From the NCBI GenBank assembly GCA_008632985.1, contig QPGO01000020.1, positions 186,001-250,000 of the forward strand: DNA of 64,000 nt, given 5' to 3'. This document shows, piece by piece, positions 48,401 through 63,332 of the stretch (the stretch's first letter is position 1; each line of letters begins with the position of its first letter). The stretch is from Psammoneis japonica. Taxonomy: Eukaryota. The notes beneath the pieces are model-generated. The model made no database searches. It worked only from the letters and a program-made list of their open reading frames with translations, and was not told where the DNA came from. A program made the position numbers and the translations under genes.

Positions 48401-51400
48401 AGAGCTTGAGGATGGCAGGAAGGCGTTCAGGAGTAACGGCAGCAACAGGAAGCGCAGAGGTGAGCTTGGAGTGGGCCGAGTGAAAGTCATCTTCGTCGGC
48501 GCAAACTTGAGCGGAGTGGCAACAGGTGGAAGCAGAAAAGTCGGGGGAAGATGAGGAGAGGCGTGGCGCATGGGAGTGGGCTTCGTGGCAGAGTTGGCGA
48601 ATGCAGCCACGGCGGAAGAGGGACAAGCGGGAGGCAATGGCAGGGCCAAACTTGGAGCGTGGTGGGACAGGAGCAAGAATGAGAGCTTCAAAGAGTAAGA
48701 GCAGCTTCCAGAAGGGAGCAGAGTCACGTTGCCACGTAGGAATGAGGTGGGAGGGGTCAGAGAGAGGCTGGGAGGCGGCTGGTGCCCAGCTTGTCACATG
48801 ATGAAGAGCAGAGCAGAGTTCCTTGCGGGCGGAGGACGAGAGCTTGCGGTGGCAGGAAGCCCGGAAAGGCGGAGGCTCGAGTGCAAGAGCATGGAGCCAT
48901 TGTAGCGAGGGGCCCCAGTCACCTAGATCATGGAAGGACGAGAGAACAATGTCAGTGTCAAGGGAAGAGCGAGGAGCGAAGTGCTTGTTCTGCAAGTGAT
49001 TGCGAAGGTGGGTGGCAGACAGGCAGGTGCATTGGCTACGACTGCAATGCCTGCAGACATGTGAACCAGCGGCATCGAAGAAGGACGCAGGTGCATGAGA
49101 AAGCGAGAGGCGAGGATGCTCCTGGCAAAGATGGCTGCGCACAGAAGCAGGAAGGGATGATGCATCAATGGAAGGAGGGGACCAGGAGCAGAATGGGCAA
49201 GTTAGCAGGGCACGGGCTTCGGTGGGTTCCACGAGGCGATGAGGTCGCGGAGGGAGTCGACATCAGGGGCTGCAGCCCGGATGGCTTCTTCGTAGAAAGG
49301 TTGCCAGGTGGAAAGGCGGGCCGGGCAGCAAGCACCTACGAAGGCATCAAGGACATCCAAGAGTTCCATCTCGCGCTGGGACTGCTGGGGAGAAACCGAG
49401 TCATCAGATTCGGTCTGCACAATTGCATCGGGAGCGGTGGGGGGCGGAGAGGTCTGCAAAACTACAGTGGGAATGGCGGGGGGCGGAGAGAGAGCATCGG
49501 GAGAAGAGTGGGGGACGTTTGGAGGGAGGAGGCTCGGTGGTGAGGGAGCGGGCTTGGGGAGGATGGGAGGAAGGAGATGCAGCAGCAGGGAGCGGATCTT
49601 GGGGCTTGGGGAGCTGCCAGTCTTGAGCAAGCAGCTCAAGGGCACGACATGAGAAAGAATCTCAGAGAGGGAGCGGGCGGCTGAAGAGCAGCAGAGGCGT
49701 AGGATGGGGAAGTCACACTGTCGTCATGGGTGGATTCTGCCGCAGAGGCAAGGAGATCCAAGGGAAAGCCGGGACAGTCATGTGGGTTGGCATCCATGAG
49801 AGCAATTGTGCACGGAGACGGGAAAAAGAGCAGCTTGCACTTGATTGGGAGGGAGTCATGAGCAGAGAAGATGGGGGTGAGGGAGTGAAGATTGGTTGCA
49901 GCAAGGAGACGACTGATGCCAGGTTGGGTGAGAGGAAGAAGAAGACGGTCAGAGATGACCACTTTCATGTTGCTCTGATGTGAAATGAGCTCGGAGAGGG
50001 CGTTGCAGGTGGAAGCAAAGTTGGCCGGGGCTGGGAAGGGAATGATGGCAGCAGAGGTCCCCAGGATGGAGAAGGAGGCAGGTGGCGCATTGGATGGATT
50101 GGTGACATGAAGTGGGGTGTTCCAGATGGCATCGGAGGCAGTGGAAATGTAAAAAACCAGAAGAGAGCGGCGTCGCGCCTGGGCCGAGTTAGCGGGGCAT
50201 TGCGAAGGACGAATTCCAACGAGATTGAGAAAGGCAGGACAGTCTCGGAAGGATTGAAGGATGGGATTGGTCGCAGTGCTGGAGATCTTGCCAACAAGGA
50301 AGGAATAAAGGCGGGATGAAAGAAACTCAGAGGTGCGTCGAGAAGAACCGCAGAGGGTTGGAGAGGGGCCAGCAAGGACACCATGAGCCTTTTCTTCGAA
50401 AGAGTTGCAGGCCGGGATCACAAAGGTGCAGTGCCGAGCCCAAGGATTGTCCACAGCCGAAACCGGAGAGAAGTCAGGGTGGAGAAAATTGGAAGGGGAG
50501 CTGGCGGAGCGGAAGGGGGTGAAGTGCGACGCAGGGTGCAGATGCCATTTCTGAAGGAGAAAAGAGAGTGCTTGGCTGCGGAAGGATTCGAAGGAAAAGG
50601 TGGCACCGTCGGGGGTCACCGGGTGAAGAGTGACGTGAAAGTAGGACGCCCACTGATTCTGGTGAGGATGGGAGCGCTTCTTGGTTTTGGCAAGCGTCAC
50701 AGAGCCAAGAGTGAGGAGGAGCGGAGAGACGCGCCGGCTGTGATGCTCCAGCATCTTAAGAATGATGTCACGAATGACATCAGACGTGAGAGCAATGGCA
50801 GGCACGTCAGGCAGGTCAGTAGGATGAAGGACCTGAGCTAAAAGCTTAACATCAGCAGGAGGAGCGGAGGCGAGAGTAGACATGATCAAGCGGGAAGAGA
50901 AAGTTGCAGAGAGTCGTTGTTGTGTGCGGATCGCCAAAAACAGCGACAAGGTCACAGAACGTGTAGAAAGATAGGAGGAGGGAAGGTGAGGGCATGACGT
51001 GGGCAATCGTACACGAATGATCGTAGAGGATGCATAGAAACATAGGGAGGAAGGCACAAGCAGAAGCGCGAAGGGAGTCATGGAAGAGAAAGGGGCAGTA
51101 GAGAGGGCCGAAGGGTAGGGGAAGCTGTAGAGGAGTACGGAAGCAATCGTGTTCGAAGGGGCGTAGAAAGGCATGTGGAACGATAGGAGAGGAGTCATAA
51201 CTAAAGTCGCGAAGGGAGTCATGGGAGGAAGGGGGGCAATTGAAGGGATTGCTGGAGGAGGAAATGGGGAAGAGGTCAGGGAGCAGAGAGGGGCCATAGG
51301 GAAAAGAAACGAACAAGGCAGAGAGGGAGAGAGGGCATAAGGAAGAGCAGAAAGGGAAATGGCAGGGGGCAGTTGTTGGGATGAAGAAAGGGAGTGAGGA

Positions 51401-51700
51401 AAAGTGAAAGGGCAATGGAATGAGCAGTTGGAAGGGCGATTGGCAATCGTGGAAACTGGGGGCCGGTAGAAGGGGCGTAGAAATGTACAGGCGAGAGGAG
51501 CGAAGGGAGTGACCGAAAGGGAATGAAGAAAGGAGACGATGGCAAAGGTAAGAACGGTAGGGAAAAGGATCCGCAAAAAGAAGGATGGCCATGGCGGAGG
51601 GTCGGGAGGCCACTTCGGGAGGTGTAGCAAAGAGCTACTGCATCCATCATGGGACGCCATCGTCATACGAATTACCATTTATGAAGGGAAAGGAAACATG
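45480..51700 (-). mobile_element. CRE-like non-LTR retrotransposon (zinc fingers, RT, restriction-like endonuclease), frameshifted; ends approximate
   Basis: C2H2 fingers CPFC...HLCQEH and CRHC...HLQNKH; RT motifs LRPIGVG..LRR, QFGIG, LDLVNMFN, GFAQGCPLGP and GSYIDD (about 47530-47545); CCHC plus RLE motifs CPCG...GDHAFSC, RPADV and AVDVTV. Confidence 0.9.
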
Positions 51701-53515
51701 TTTCTGCTTTGCAAGTCTCCGCGTGGTGCGCCACAACCTCTCACCGCACCGCCCGTTTTCCGTGTTTTGTTTTTTACGTGTATTATTTTGCTACCGGCCG
51801 GTAGTAACCGTCGTACCGTCGTCCCGTCGTCCGGGAAGAACTCTGTAGCAAGGACCGTATGAGTTAGCCGGGGTAGGGCTAGTTGGTCGCGCACGTTTGG
51901 GTTCGATGTGATGAGCAACTAGCCATACCCTGCAGGAAGAGCTGTTGGTGGCGCGCGAGCAGAAGCAACAAAGCAAAGAACACGGCGTGGGTCAAAACGT
52001 AGTAAAATGACGCAACAACAAGCAACGAGAAGAAACCCAACTTGACCCATGAATACAGCGCATACATATTGTCCAACCACTTCAATAGTATCTCGTATTC
52101 CCAACTTGTAGATGAGGGGACGGCGTTCGCGTTTCTCGCCATGGTGTTGTTGTGCGTTATCGTGTTGTTTGCGCGCGAAGAACACGGGATCTATTTATCC
52201 GATAGTACTCTGTTTTGGTAATAGTAGATGTTTTACTATATACAATATGAGGATATTTTGAGAAGCGCTTCGGGGCGACTTTGTTCGGACCGTTAAATAG
52301 AAATTTTTTTTATACAGATTCTAAAATGTGTTACGGGGTGTTCCTCACTTTTTTGAATTTGGGTATGTATATTTTAAAGACCAAAGAAATGTTAATGATA
52401 TGTAAAATCCTCAGAGACCAACATAAATTTATGTTCCATGTAGACCGCGTAGATTGTGTACCGGCGGAAAATCCACCGCCTGTCAACTCATCAGTAGTAA
52501 TTCTACGTATATTCTACTTACACCTCACACACGCACACACGCCTACACAGTCTAATAACCGCGCACACGTGCGCGAGATCATGAGGAGCTCTACTCTAGT
52601 TAGTTAGAGAGTCTAGGCCCTACTTTTATGTACTTCTACCCTCTAGGCCTCTAGTAGAGAGGGCTCTCTACTAGCTCTAGGCTAGAGAGAGGATCGTGTT
52701 GAGTGACACCACAAACTCATCGTCATTGTTCATTGTAGACCTAAATCTCGGACAAAGTGGTGAAGTAAAAGTCAGGTTTTGCGCTTATTTAGTAAAAGTA
52801 GCGTAGTACTTTACTTAGACAGCTTGACTCCAGAGTGAATGGCAATGCCTGGTGCCAACATTCGAAAATTCATTGTGAGAAGTAACGGCCTCCGAATTGA
52901 GAGATTATAGGTTGATAGTGATGCAATACGGGAGGCAGCTCCGTTTTCGACTTTTTGACCAGCTCACATCGGTTTGGTCGTCACAAGATGCTGTTGAGGT
53001 GTGAATACGTTTTTTGCATTCTGGTCTTCGCTTCGCATTATCCTCCAAGTTTGATAGGTCGGCTTTGCTGAGCCTTTCAACGCTGGGACAGATGCCCCAT
53101 TGAATGAAACAGTCCTTGATATCAGCTGACAGTTGCTTCTTACATCGGGTTTGATGATCGCGTCACTCCAGACAATAGACAACACTACCATGTTCTTGTG
53201 ATTACAGCCAGAATCGCTGCCTTGCCTACTTCGCACTACACGCATCGCCTTCTACGCAAGAAGGCAGGCAAGAATTCAACTCTATTACTTTAAACACTGC
53301 TCGACGTAGAGGCGTCTGCGACAACCACAACAGTGGCGACTTTGAAGTGGAAGCGACCTATAATCCTCGGGAGAAACGAACACAACAGCCAATTGAGCTC
53401 ATCTGCTTTCTCTTTTCCTCGCAACTGAAATCCAAACGTGTCTTGTAACATATAGTACTTGTTGAGGGAAAAATGAAGCTTCTGTCATAAACGGCTATCC
53501 GACGCTCATTGTTCA

Positions 53516-53860
53516 TCAGAAATGCCAAACCGTGTAATCCCCAGTCAACAAGTACTCAACTGATCGCTTTGTGAGTACAGCAATATTTGCGAGCAAGTCT
53601 AAGCCAAAGAGTAACACAAAGGGTGCAACAATAAGGGTCCCAGGCTTTGACGTGTCAAAAAACATTCTTGACTCATCCTTCTCGTCCTTGCCGTCAACAC
53701 CCTTTTTTGCACGGTGTTCCATCGATTGAACGTTCATTCTTTTTTCAGGACCAACATATCTTGGAACGATTCTGTGATTGTGAACTTGAGGAGACAGGAA
53801 AGCCCAAGAGGCATGGAGGATGACGAAGAGGAGGATTCCGACACGAGGCATTATTGTCAT
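53516..53860 (-). CDS. Small hypothetical protein, probably plastid-targeted, one hydrophobic helix
   Basis: Signal peptide ending ASWA-F (ASAF-type motif); C-terminal PGTLIVAPFVLLFGLDLLANI segment. Confidence 0.65.
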   Translation of the reverse strand: MTIMPRVGILLFVILHASWAFLSPQVHNHRIVPRYVGPEKRMNVQSMEHRAKKGVDGKDEKDESRMFFDTSKPGTLIVAPFVLLFGLDLLANIAVLTKRSVEYLLTGDYTVWHF

Positions 53861-54219
53861 GAGTCAACGATGAAAAAATGATGAAGCCCTTGCGTCTTGC
53901 GTCGCATGCTTCTGTGCCGCGTCGCGTCATCATAATCATCTGCCAATCTTCTTTCCGCGCGAGCACATCGCTGGCAGCTCGACGATCTCGAATCATCTCG
54001 ACAGACTTTCAACTTGTCATCAGGCGCGGCAGTCGTCAAGAACTCTAGGCCCTATGTACTATGTTGCGACTGTTTGAATTTCCAAAGATCAAAAGGCAAA
54101 AAGATGCTATGGAGAGCGCAGATTCCGACAAAATTGTTACAAAGAATGCATCGTCAGACCAAACTACAGCATGATATTTGTATTTTTCACTAATAATCGA
54201 ATGTAAACAGACAGTCTAT

Positions 54220-56021
<1,802 letters not shown>

Positions 56022-56309
56022 CGTCAGTCTGAAAATGCCGACAAGGATGTGTGCGGAGAAAGATCGGGGCACAGCGAGCATTCCTCTGTACAATTCTACG
56101 TAACTTCAGTACATGCGCGAAACAACCGCGGTGAGCTCCAATGAAATCGCTCGAACCGAACCCAAAAGCACGTAGACTTCCAGTACAAAACGCAGTAGAA
56201 CGATCGACGGCAGCAAGCAGACGGTGTGTGCAGCAGTACCGCCCGGTACACTCGATCGCAGTATCGATCGTCGCGTCGGCACTTTTTCAAGGACCCAGTG
56301 GTATTCACC

Positions 56310-56903
56310 ATGATGCTGGCTCGGACTTCCCTTTCTGCGATTCGCCGCTCGGCAGCGCGAGCCATGAGTACAGAGGCTGCTGCTACCTCTGGAAAAATGA
56401 CGCTGAACTTTAATCTTCCGCACGAAACGATCTACAGCAATGTCGAGGTCTCGAGCGTAATTGTCCCCGGTGCTGCTGGCGAGTACGGTGTTACCGCTGA
56501 TCACGTTCCCGTCGTGGCGCAACTCAATCCAGGAGTCTTGCAGATTTTCCATGATGCCGGGGAAGCCGAAGAATACTTTGTCGCTGGTGGCTTTTCCCTT
56601 ACGCATCCAAACTCTGTCACGGTATGTTGCTCTTTTAGCGAGAAGTCGTTGAATACGATAAATTGGCATTTCCATATTCAATTCTATTACCTTTTCTAAT
56701 CTTTCACAACTGTGCAGGATATTGTTTGTCCAGAGGCGGTCAAGCTGGATGATATCGATTCGGCGGCAGTCACAAGCAATTACGATGCTGCCAAGTCGGC
56801 TTATAATTCCGCAGAAGCAGGTTCAATCGCACAAGCGGAGGCACAAGTGGATATGGAAGTCAACCGAGCTATGGGTGCAGCTCTTGGACTCACTCTTGCG
56901 TAG
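56310..56903 (+). CDS. ATP16: Mitochondrial F1-ATP synthase delta subunit; intron 56622-56717
   Basis: Arg-rich presequence; VPGAAGEYGVTADHVPVVAQLNPGV and YFVAGGF motifs; C-terminal helical hairpin. Confidence 0.93.
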
Positions 56904-57008
56904 ATCAAACGTTGGTCCTCGTGTAAAATGCTGTCAAGCTAGTTCAGTTGAGAAAATTTGCGGTTACTCTATCGTTCTCAACATTACTTCACAAGTAGGA
57001 CCTAGTTG

Positions 57009-59127
57009 CTACGCCCACAAAATTAGTGACCCTCGTTTGTCGACCGAAGCAACTTGCTGCCCGTTGGAGCCGCCTCGTCCCCACGCAAATCCGCCAACTC
57101 CACACGTGTGACTGCTAACTCTTGTTTTCAAACCTGCGTCCGCTACTCGCCATACAAAAATGTCACCGGAAGAGTTGCAACCCGCAGCTGCATACGTGCC
57201 TGGCGAGCAAAACCAAAACACAGCGGGAAATGTTAGTGACACGGCCCCCGGTGAGACGAAACAATTCACACTCGATTAACCTTTCTTACCATCGGGGCTA
57301 AATGAGCTCGCCGAATAAGAAAAACTTGTCTTGAAATCCACATGCTCAAGCGTCCGAATAGTCTTGCAAGTTCGAACATCCACGACACGGAGGCAAGAGT
57401 CTTTTCCATTGGTCAGCAGTTGAGTTGTATTTGTGGGATGAAATTGTACGCTAGTCACGGACGCTGCATGGAGATCAGGAATCTCCGCTGCTCGCTCTCC
57501 ACTTCGAATGTCCCAGAAACGAACACCTCCGTCCATGTGTCCAGATACAGCAGTACACGCATCGGGTCCAACCTCTACGCAATTCGAGGTGGAACTGTGT
57601 CGCAGTGTGGTTGTCTGGCGATATGTGTTGCGTGAAACTACAAGTAAATGCCAGGGAATAGAAATACAGACGCGACTTGAGTAAGAAGAAAAAGTGACAA
57701 GTTGCGTACAAGGTGGCGAGAGCGCTACCATACTCACTGTCCCAAAGTTTCAACGAACGATCGGCGGAGCCAGATATCACTCCCTTTTCTCCGTTTAGCA
57801 GTCTGACGCAAGTTATCTTGTTCCCATGACCGACCAAGTGATGTATCTGTGTATGCGGAGAAAGAAGGCGAGGATAAGATTAAGATGGAAGTATGGCTTC
57901 AGCGTTTCTCGCCGATGGGAAGAAGATTGGCTTCTAATTACCATGCGTTCTGTTTTCAAACTCCACACTCGACACGTCTTATCACTGCCACCCCCGACGA
58001 CAAGTCCTCCAACGATATCGCATGATACAAGCGTATGCCCAGTCCCACCCCGTAGTGTCGCCTTGAGTGAGCCACTACCGGTATCCCACACCTTGACAGT
58101 GGAGTCGTTTCCGCACGAGGCGAGCAGATTCGTGGTGCCGCCCCCGTCGTATCTTAGAGGAATAACAAACATGACTTTGTTAGAAAATCTTCACAACGCC
58201 CACCACACGCTGTCCAGAGCGACTAGTATCTGGGTAGACTTACCTAACGCATGAAGCCTCTGACGAATGCGCTTGAATCGTATGCTTCGGTTGTGACGGA
58301 ACGTTTACTCCGACTGCCGCAAACTTTCGACCTGCTTCTTCTGGTTCTTGTTCGGGTTTGCTAACTTCACTGCCCACAATCTTACCAAACCATGATTTAG
58401 ATGGTGATCGCTTTTGCTCTTGCTTGTGTAACGTCCGCATCATGTCCCGTTCCGCCTTGAGCTGGTCCACCATTTTTGTGAGCTTTGATACCTCCTCCAT
58501 TACTTTTTCCTTTTCGGTCACAACCCTCTCTACCAGCTTGTTATTTTCCTTTTTCAGTACATCGTTTTCTTCTTGAAGAGTCCTAATTGTGGTCTTGAGA
58601 CCCCTGTACTGTTGCTCCGCCAAATCAGTGCGAGATTGTGATTCCTGTAAGTCGAGGGCCACCTTTTGAATCACTGTCTCGTTCTGGTCAATTTCATGCT
58701 TCAAGTCGGCAATTATTTTGCCTTGAGCGGCATTCAAATCCTTCATGCTTGCCAAATCTTTTTGTGTCTCCAACGCCCGCTCTGTATCTTCCGCGTGACT
58801 CTTTAATTTCCGATGAAGTTCCTCTTGCACGGATTCTAACTTATCTCGGAGCCGTGCCTCACTTCTGAGTGCTGCAGTAGCGGCTGCAGAAGATACCGGA
58901 GCCGCCGCGCTTTTTCCAACACCACCGCTTGCATTGCTTGGACCACCGCCAATGCTTACATCGAGTAACTCTTCCTGTAGTGACGCACATTGGCGTTCCA
59001 ACAAATCACATTTCGATTGAAGCGCCTCGACCAAATTCTGCAGCGCGGCGTTGGAAGCATGCACCGAAAGAAAAGGAGTAGTTTCGACCGCAGTCCGTTC
59101 TAGCAGCAAATCGTGTATTTCTTGCAT
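57009..59127 (-). CDS. ATG16: Autophagy protein ATG16-like (N-terminal helix, coiled coil, WD40 repeats), multi-exon
   Basis: Coiled-coil exon followed by WD40 exons (DSTVKVWD, GHGNKITC, DRSLKLWD, SGHMDGGVRFWD, FSPDG) separated by GT-AG introns. Confidence 0.82.
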
Positions 59128-59887
59128 TGTGAAACGTAACTCTCAGGCGGAAGACGGATAGCAAGTGATGATTACCATACAAAGAAGTCTGGTTATCGTG
59201 CATCAATCCTCAAACAAAAGAACCATCAACACGACTTCGATCATTGTTGCGAAGCAAGCTTTCCAGTGTCAAGTGTCTGTCTGGCTCCCGCATACCGCAT
59301 TGCCCAATCGCGCCAAAAATTAGAAAGCAACTAAACTTGAAAACTGGAATGAGCGCAAGGTCGAAAAGGGAAGAATCATCAATGGAAGCCAGATTGTCGG
59401 ATGTGATTCTGTGTTTTGGCGGGCGACACATTACGTCGATTTCCTTGACCTGGTCAAGTATTCGGAAACTTCGCGTTTCGCGTTGGTGCGTGCTAATGCG
59501 ATTTTCCTCAGCTGGCTAGATTCATTCAACACAAGCCGATACGACTATTTCGTTCAAAGCATCGTAGCTCATATTATATGGTTAAGTGGACTTACATGTA
59601 CAGCGTAATGAAAAATATAAAACTAATGTATTTTCCATTGCCGTAAAGATCAAGTCAATCGTTGAGGCGAACAGAAGCAGGTGCAAGCAAGAGATGTGCG
59701 TTCGTGCAATTTAGACTAGAAGTTGCTTCTTGAATTGATTTTAAGCGATCACGAGCTGCTGTCCAAGACTGACTGCGTTCGATGGCTGAACGGCCTTTTC
59801 AAGAAATGTGATACATTGCCGTACGTCTTCAACCAGATACTACTGTGGGCTGTGATTGTATTCACTACGGCATGCTGGTGCTCGCTC

Positions 59888-62759
59888 TCAATCAGTTTCT
59901 GCGCCTTGAGGTTTAGGCTCGATTGCCTCTGCAATTGCCAAATTCGCTTCTGACAACGCTTTTCTTGTTGCTTCGGGCAACGAATTGGATTGTTCCGCCC
60001 GGTATGCAGCACGCTTCAGAAGACCAGCGCTGAGTCGTCGGCCTAGGGCGGTGAGCCCAGGCAGCTGGTCCGTCACTATCTTCCTGGTATCTTCGTCTGC
60101 CAATGCATTAACGATTTTTGGGTTAACGGCGGGAAGCGACGTTGAAATGCCTGCAGCTCCATCATTCAGCTGGTTCGCAAAACTGCTCCGAAGTCCTTGA
60201 TCTCTTTCGTTGTCCTTGTCCGAGACATATTTGGTGCTTACTATCTGCGCACTCAGCGCATCGCTAAGTTCGCGGGCTGTCGAAAGAACCTGTTCATCTT
60301 CGCTATTCAAAGAAACTAGCTCTTCAATAATCTCGGGGAGAGCCGCTGGCCTTTCGATTAGTTGTGTCTTGATCGAGTCCGGGAGAGTGTTGTATAGCGC
60401 ACTGTTTACCTTTACGATTTCCTTTGGAGCCCGTAGTGCTGCAGCGGCGGCCTTCGCGGCTGGGTTGTCCACCAGAACCGTTCGCAGTGCCGATCGTGCC
60501 ACCGCGTCACCTAGCTTCGCACTCTCTTCGACAACAATATCTTGAATAGTTGAGCCCTCGGGATCCAAAAAGAGCTTTGCAAACTCGGCAATTGCAACAG
60601 ATTGACCCTTTCCATCCCGGTCGGCGTCGGCAATAAAGGCCGTATACTCCGTGAAGCCCTCAGACATCTCAAGAAGCTTGCCCGGTGATAAACCACGAGG
60701 CTTTTGAAGGGCAGTCCCTGCACCAGCTTGCACGATTTCAACGGAGGAAGGCGTAGAACCACTGGATTCTCCTTCTGAATCCAAACCAAGCATACTTCTC
60801 AACGCCTTTTTGGCTCGCGGGTTTCGATCAACAAAGAGACGTCGGGACAAGTAGGGATAGCATTCTTGTACAATTGCATAGTTCTCATCGACACTCAAAC
60901 CAATACCTTCTAGTGTCGAAAACGCTCGAGCAACATACAATACATACGGAGGTAACTGGAATAGCTCCCTGTTGCGACGGCTCATTTCCTCCATGACATT
61001 AGTTACTCCCTTTACATCCACTCCTTCTGATGCGAGTTGCTCTTCCATCCTCTGCAACATTTCTGCTCTTGCTGCCTTTTGAAGCTCTTCGTCAGAGAGT
61101 TCTGCACCATACCTGTCCTGGAATTCAGCCTTCACACGTTCTTGGATTTTCTTTGGTCCCCCCCCAGCCGACAATTGCCGAAAGGCGAATGAAAGTCCTT
61201 CTGTAATCCCGCTATTTTTCAGTCGCTCTGGTGTAACATTTTCTGGAGTAAACCCGAGATTGATAAAGTCATTCGGAATTGCATCATAGTCTTCAGTGTT
61301 GATGTGAGCTATAAATTCCAACAGCGCATACTGCAAGTCTTTAGGAACGTCCAACGTCATGCCCCAATCTAAAATGCACAATCTTCCATCTTGCGTTCTT
61401 AGAAGGTTTCCGGGATGCGGACTGGGAAGAAGTGGGGCGTCAGACAACAAAGATGAGCTGTTGACGTGACAGTAAGTGTCATCAAAACGCAGTGTAACTT
61501 ACTCGCAGTGAAGCGTGCCGGTGTCGAGGAGCATTGTCAAATATGCCCCAATTGCAACGCCACACAAACGTGGAACATCATTTGATTGATAGTATCAAGT
61601 CGAGTTCCTTCGACCCATTCCGTAACCAACACCTTGTCCTTCACTAGCTCATCTACAATAGTTGGGGCGCAGACAGCGTCCAGGCCCTTTTCTCTCATTG
61701 CAGCTTCAAATGTTTTAGTGTTTTCTGCTTCCAACCGATAGTCCGTTTCTGCCACGAACCCTCTACCCCACTCATCGACCAGGGCAACAGCAATGTCAAT
61801 ATCCTGTTGATCCGTCTTTAGGCCATTCACAGCGTTCTGCAAAACGGTTTGGACAGGCGACAACAGGCGCAGAATGAATAAATCCAACGCAATTTCTGAT
61901 AGAATACCGGGGCGCTGAACTTTGACAGCCACTTCTTTTCCGTTGCTTGCTAAATTCCCTTGTAAACTTGCCCGATCGAAGCTGATGCAATGGGTTTCTC
62001 AGAGAGCGACGAGAACACTTCACCTAGATCCGATACTCCGAGTTCTTTCTTCAATATTTCATAGGCTTCTGCCGAGTCAAATGGCGATACTGCGTCTTGG
62101 AGCTGCCTCAACTCTAGTGCATATGGAGCAGGGATCAAGTCCGTTCGAATCGACAGAGCTTGACCAAGCTTAATGAACGTCGGTCCCAACTGCTCGCACA
62201 AGATCAATGCCTCCTTGCCCGAGCCGGCTCAGCCTTTTTAAGAGCAGTGTACTCTTCATCCTTGAAAAGCTTGCCGAGGACTAACCAATCAAAAAGAATG
62301 CCAGTATTGAATGCTCCTGACAACAAGCCGAGCTTCAAAATACGCTTCAGTACCAGCAGAGGGCGCTTGCCATATACTCTTGACTGGCGGCGGGACTGTA
62401 TGTGTTGGTGCCCGGCTCAAAAGGGCATCGAGCGATGAAAAGTCAATGGGCGCATCAATCCACGATTTCAACGCTGCGCCAAAGACCAAGGCGCCAATCG
62501 CCGCGCCGTGCCACGTCGGGTTGGTGTCAATCAAGTCATTAATTAGGGAAGGAAGATTTTGGTACTGAACAACATTGCTGTCGAATGCCGTGAGTTGAGC
62601 AGATGCATCTGTCAAAAACGTTGCCACAGCCTCTTCGGAGGGTAAGAACGAATATTTCAGCAGTGTTAAACTTGGTGGACGAACCGTTGACGATGGGGCA
62701 AAGGAGCGTGATGTGCCTGCAAGAAACAGCACGCTGACGGCCGCTGTGAAACCTCTCAT
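59888..62759 (-). CDS. ABC1/UbiB atypical kinase, plastid-type presequence; several single-base frameshifts in the 5' part
   Basis: LGPTFIKLGQALS, IASASIGQVY, VAVKVQRP, LHCD|PHPGN and LDWG motifs; frame breaks near 62375, 62210, 61955 and 61590. Confidence 0.88.
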
Positions 62760-63332
62760 TTCGTCTCTCTAGGCGTTTGTTATTCGATGGCGAAACGATG
62801 TGAGGCTGGGGCGGCTGCGATGTGAAGCTGGGGCCACTGCGCTGTTCCCCTGCCGTCCCCTGCGGTGATGAGAGAGGGTGGATCTGGGGTTGCTGCGTTG
62901 TTGTTCCTCCACTGCATTCTGACCTGGTGTATGACAGTGACTGTAGACTAAATAGGCCTACAGTAGGAATGTTATGATGATTGAGTCGTGGTGGCGGAAC
63001 ATGCATCTCGCGCGACTGCGAATCAATCTCTCAAATCAAATCATCACGCAGAAGAATTCGAATCTTGTCAAAATGACTTTCTGGGACTCAATCCACGACC
63101 AAGACCTAGGCTACGGTACGTGTGTTGGAGCCGCGGCCACGTCACCTCGTTCAGACTCCAACTCATCGCGATTTCGTCATCATTTGTTGTCGCCGGGAAC
63201 AGTTTGGAACGATTCGATAAACAAACTGACATCACTTCCGGTGTCGCTACATACGTCGCATTTCTCATTTTGCCTATCGTTTGTTGCCAGAACCCTCGTT
63301 TACTACATTTTGCTGCTCAATCAATTGAAGTC

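Noticed and set aside
45460..51950. Target-site duplication and exact termini of the CRE-like element
   Set aside because: I found no convincing direct repeat (only ccattta at about 45475 and 51675), so the boundaries are left approximate.
51879..52142. 87-aa hydrophobic ORF upstream of the CRE-like element
   Set aside because: It is short with no recognisable family, and cannot be distinguished from a chance ORF.
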